Below, in pieces: positions 63,293-64,000 of a DNA stretch of 64,000 nt. Source of the stretch: Methylococcales bacterium (lineage in GTDB: Bacteria; Pseudomonadota; Gammaproteobacteria; Methylococcales; Methylomonadaceae). Position 1 is the stretch's first letter. Every line of letters begins with the position of its first letter. The position numbers and the translations under genes were made by a program. Under the pieces are notes generated by a model. That model was not told the origin of the DNA, made no database searches, and saw only the letters and a list, made by a program, of their open reading frames with translations. Location of the stretch: positions 824 to 64,823 of the forward strand of contig QVQD01000200.1 in NCBI GenBank assembly GCA_003584875.1, in the 5' to 3' direction.

Positions 63293-63457
63293 ATGAATCA
63301 TTATGAACAAAGTAAAAAAGCCAGACGTGTGGCCTCGGTTGTTTATTTGATATTTATGGCCGTGATATTAGGTGGAACTTTCATATCGCAACAAAAAAAA
63401 GCATCAGCAGCTAAAGCAGAAGTCAAAGTTCAGCCCGAGAAGGTCAATAGTATATAA
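63293..63457 (+). CDS. Small single-TM protein (54 aa), hypothetical
   Basis: My translation is MNHYEQSKKARRVASVVYLIFMAVILGGTFISQQKKASAAKAEVKVQPEKVNSI. It is below the track cutoff and has no family assignment. Confidence 0.35.
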   Translation: MNHYEQSKKARRVASVVYLIFMAVILGGTFISQQKKASAAKAEVKVQPEKVNSI

Positions 63458-63576
63458 AAGGGTAGGTCATTGAGTGGGCAAACAACTTTATCGATTGCCC
63501 GCCTTACACGATTCAGTTATCTTTGAGTAAAATAAAAAATCAATCAATTATTTAGACTAAACTTAAGGATTAACTC

Positions 63577-63828
63577 ATGCAAGTTGCAATCAACCTCCCT
63601 AATGAATTTGTTGTTTTACAACCTATACAAGAGATTGAACATGATATGCGCCTCAGTTATGCGCTATGGTTATTTAAAAATGCAAAGGTCACGCTATCAA
63701 AAGCCGCTGAATTAGCTGCAATGGATATTTATACCTTTATGGCGGAATGCAAAAAAAATGAAGTGCCTGTTATGAATATAACCAAGGAAGAATTGCTTGA
63801 AGAATTATCTAGCATGAACGCACTATGA
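63577..63828 (+). CDS. UPF0175-family antitoxin
   Basis: Contains LSYALWLFKNAKVTLSKAAELAAMDIYTFMAECKKNEVPV, the HTH-like core typical of UPF0175. There is an ATGA overlap with a PIN-like ORF. Confidence 0.7.
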   Translation: MQVAINLPNEFVVLQPIQEIEHDMRLSYALWLFKNAKVTLSKAAELAAMDIYTFMAECKKNEVPVMNITKEELLEELSSMNAL

Positions 63829-64000
63829 TTTTAGTTGCAGATTGTTCAGCATTAATTGCCTTATCTATCTGCAACCACTTGGAAATTTTATAACAGATTT
63901 TTGGTCAAGTTGTCGTGCCAGAAGCCGTTTACCTTGAAGCTACGCAGCCTAATAAAAAACAAGCCCTGCAACTTAAGCTTTATTTGGAAAATAAAGTTCG
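63825..64000 (+). pseudogene. DUF3368 (PIN-like) toxin gene, interrupted by an in-frame TAA at 63891-63893; truncated by the window end
   Basis: Translation is MILVADCSALIALSICNHLEIL*QIFGQVVVPEAVYLEATQP.., which matches the DUF3368 N-terminal pattern (DxSxLIxL....L.LL..LFG.V.IP.AVY.E). Confidence 0.6.

Overview
This is a 64 kb chromosomal segment from an AT-rich gammaproteobacterium, judged by gene content and synteny; I could not run any search or GC calculation. Most of it is conserved housekeeping DNA. The blocks are lptM-lysA-dapF-yigA-xerC; lipA-lipB-ybeD-dat-dacA-rlpA-rodA-mrdA-mreDCB on the minus strand; gatCAB; selO; the NAD-dependent formate dehydrogenase operon fdsGBA-fdhD-fdsD; cmoB, hemB, aroE, mgtA, tRNA-Leu(CAG); and rnr-rlmB-ccmABCDEFGHI-hemN-slyX-nadA. 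The accessory-looking part is the first ~8 kb. There a serine O-acetyltransferase gene is followed by a Family 2A (SrpI-type) encapsulin shell gene. That shell gene is translationally coupled to a cysteine desulfurase carrying a ~270-aa disordered, internally repetitive N-terminal cargo-loading domain. This sulfur-metabolism nanocompartment operon is the most interesting system in the window. Directly downstream lies a strictly phased 10 x 21-bp repeat array of unknown function, then two tandem ~201-bp MITE-like elements. The window is also peppered with several GTAG-headed REP/REPIN families. Other points worth a second look: a signal-peptide-less 792-aa HExxH metalloprotease with tandem modules and RTX-like repeats; a G7 homopolymer frameshift splitting lysA; an mreC whose conserved membrane anchor has no canonical start codon; a decayed DUF29 gene; and a UPF0175/DUF3368 toxin-antitoxin pair whose toxin carries a premature stop. 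All protein calls come from reading the supplied translations and recalling family motifs. None is database-verified.
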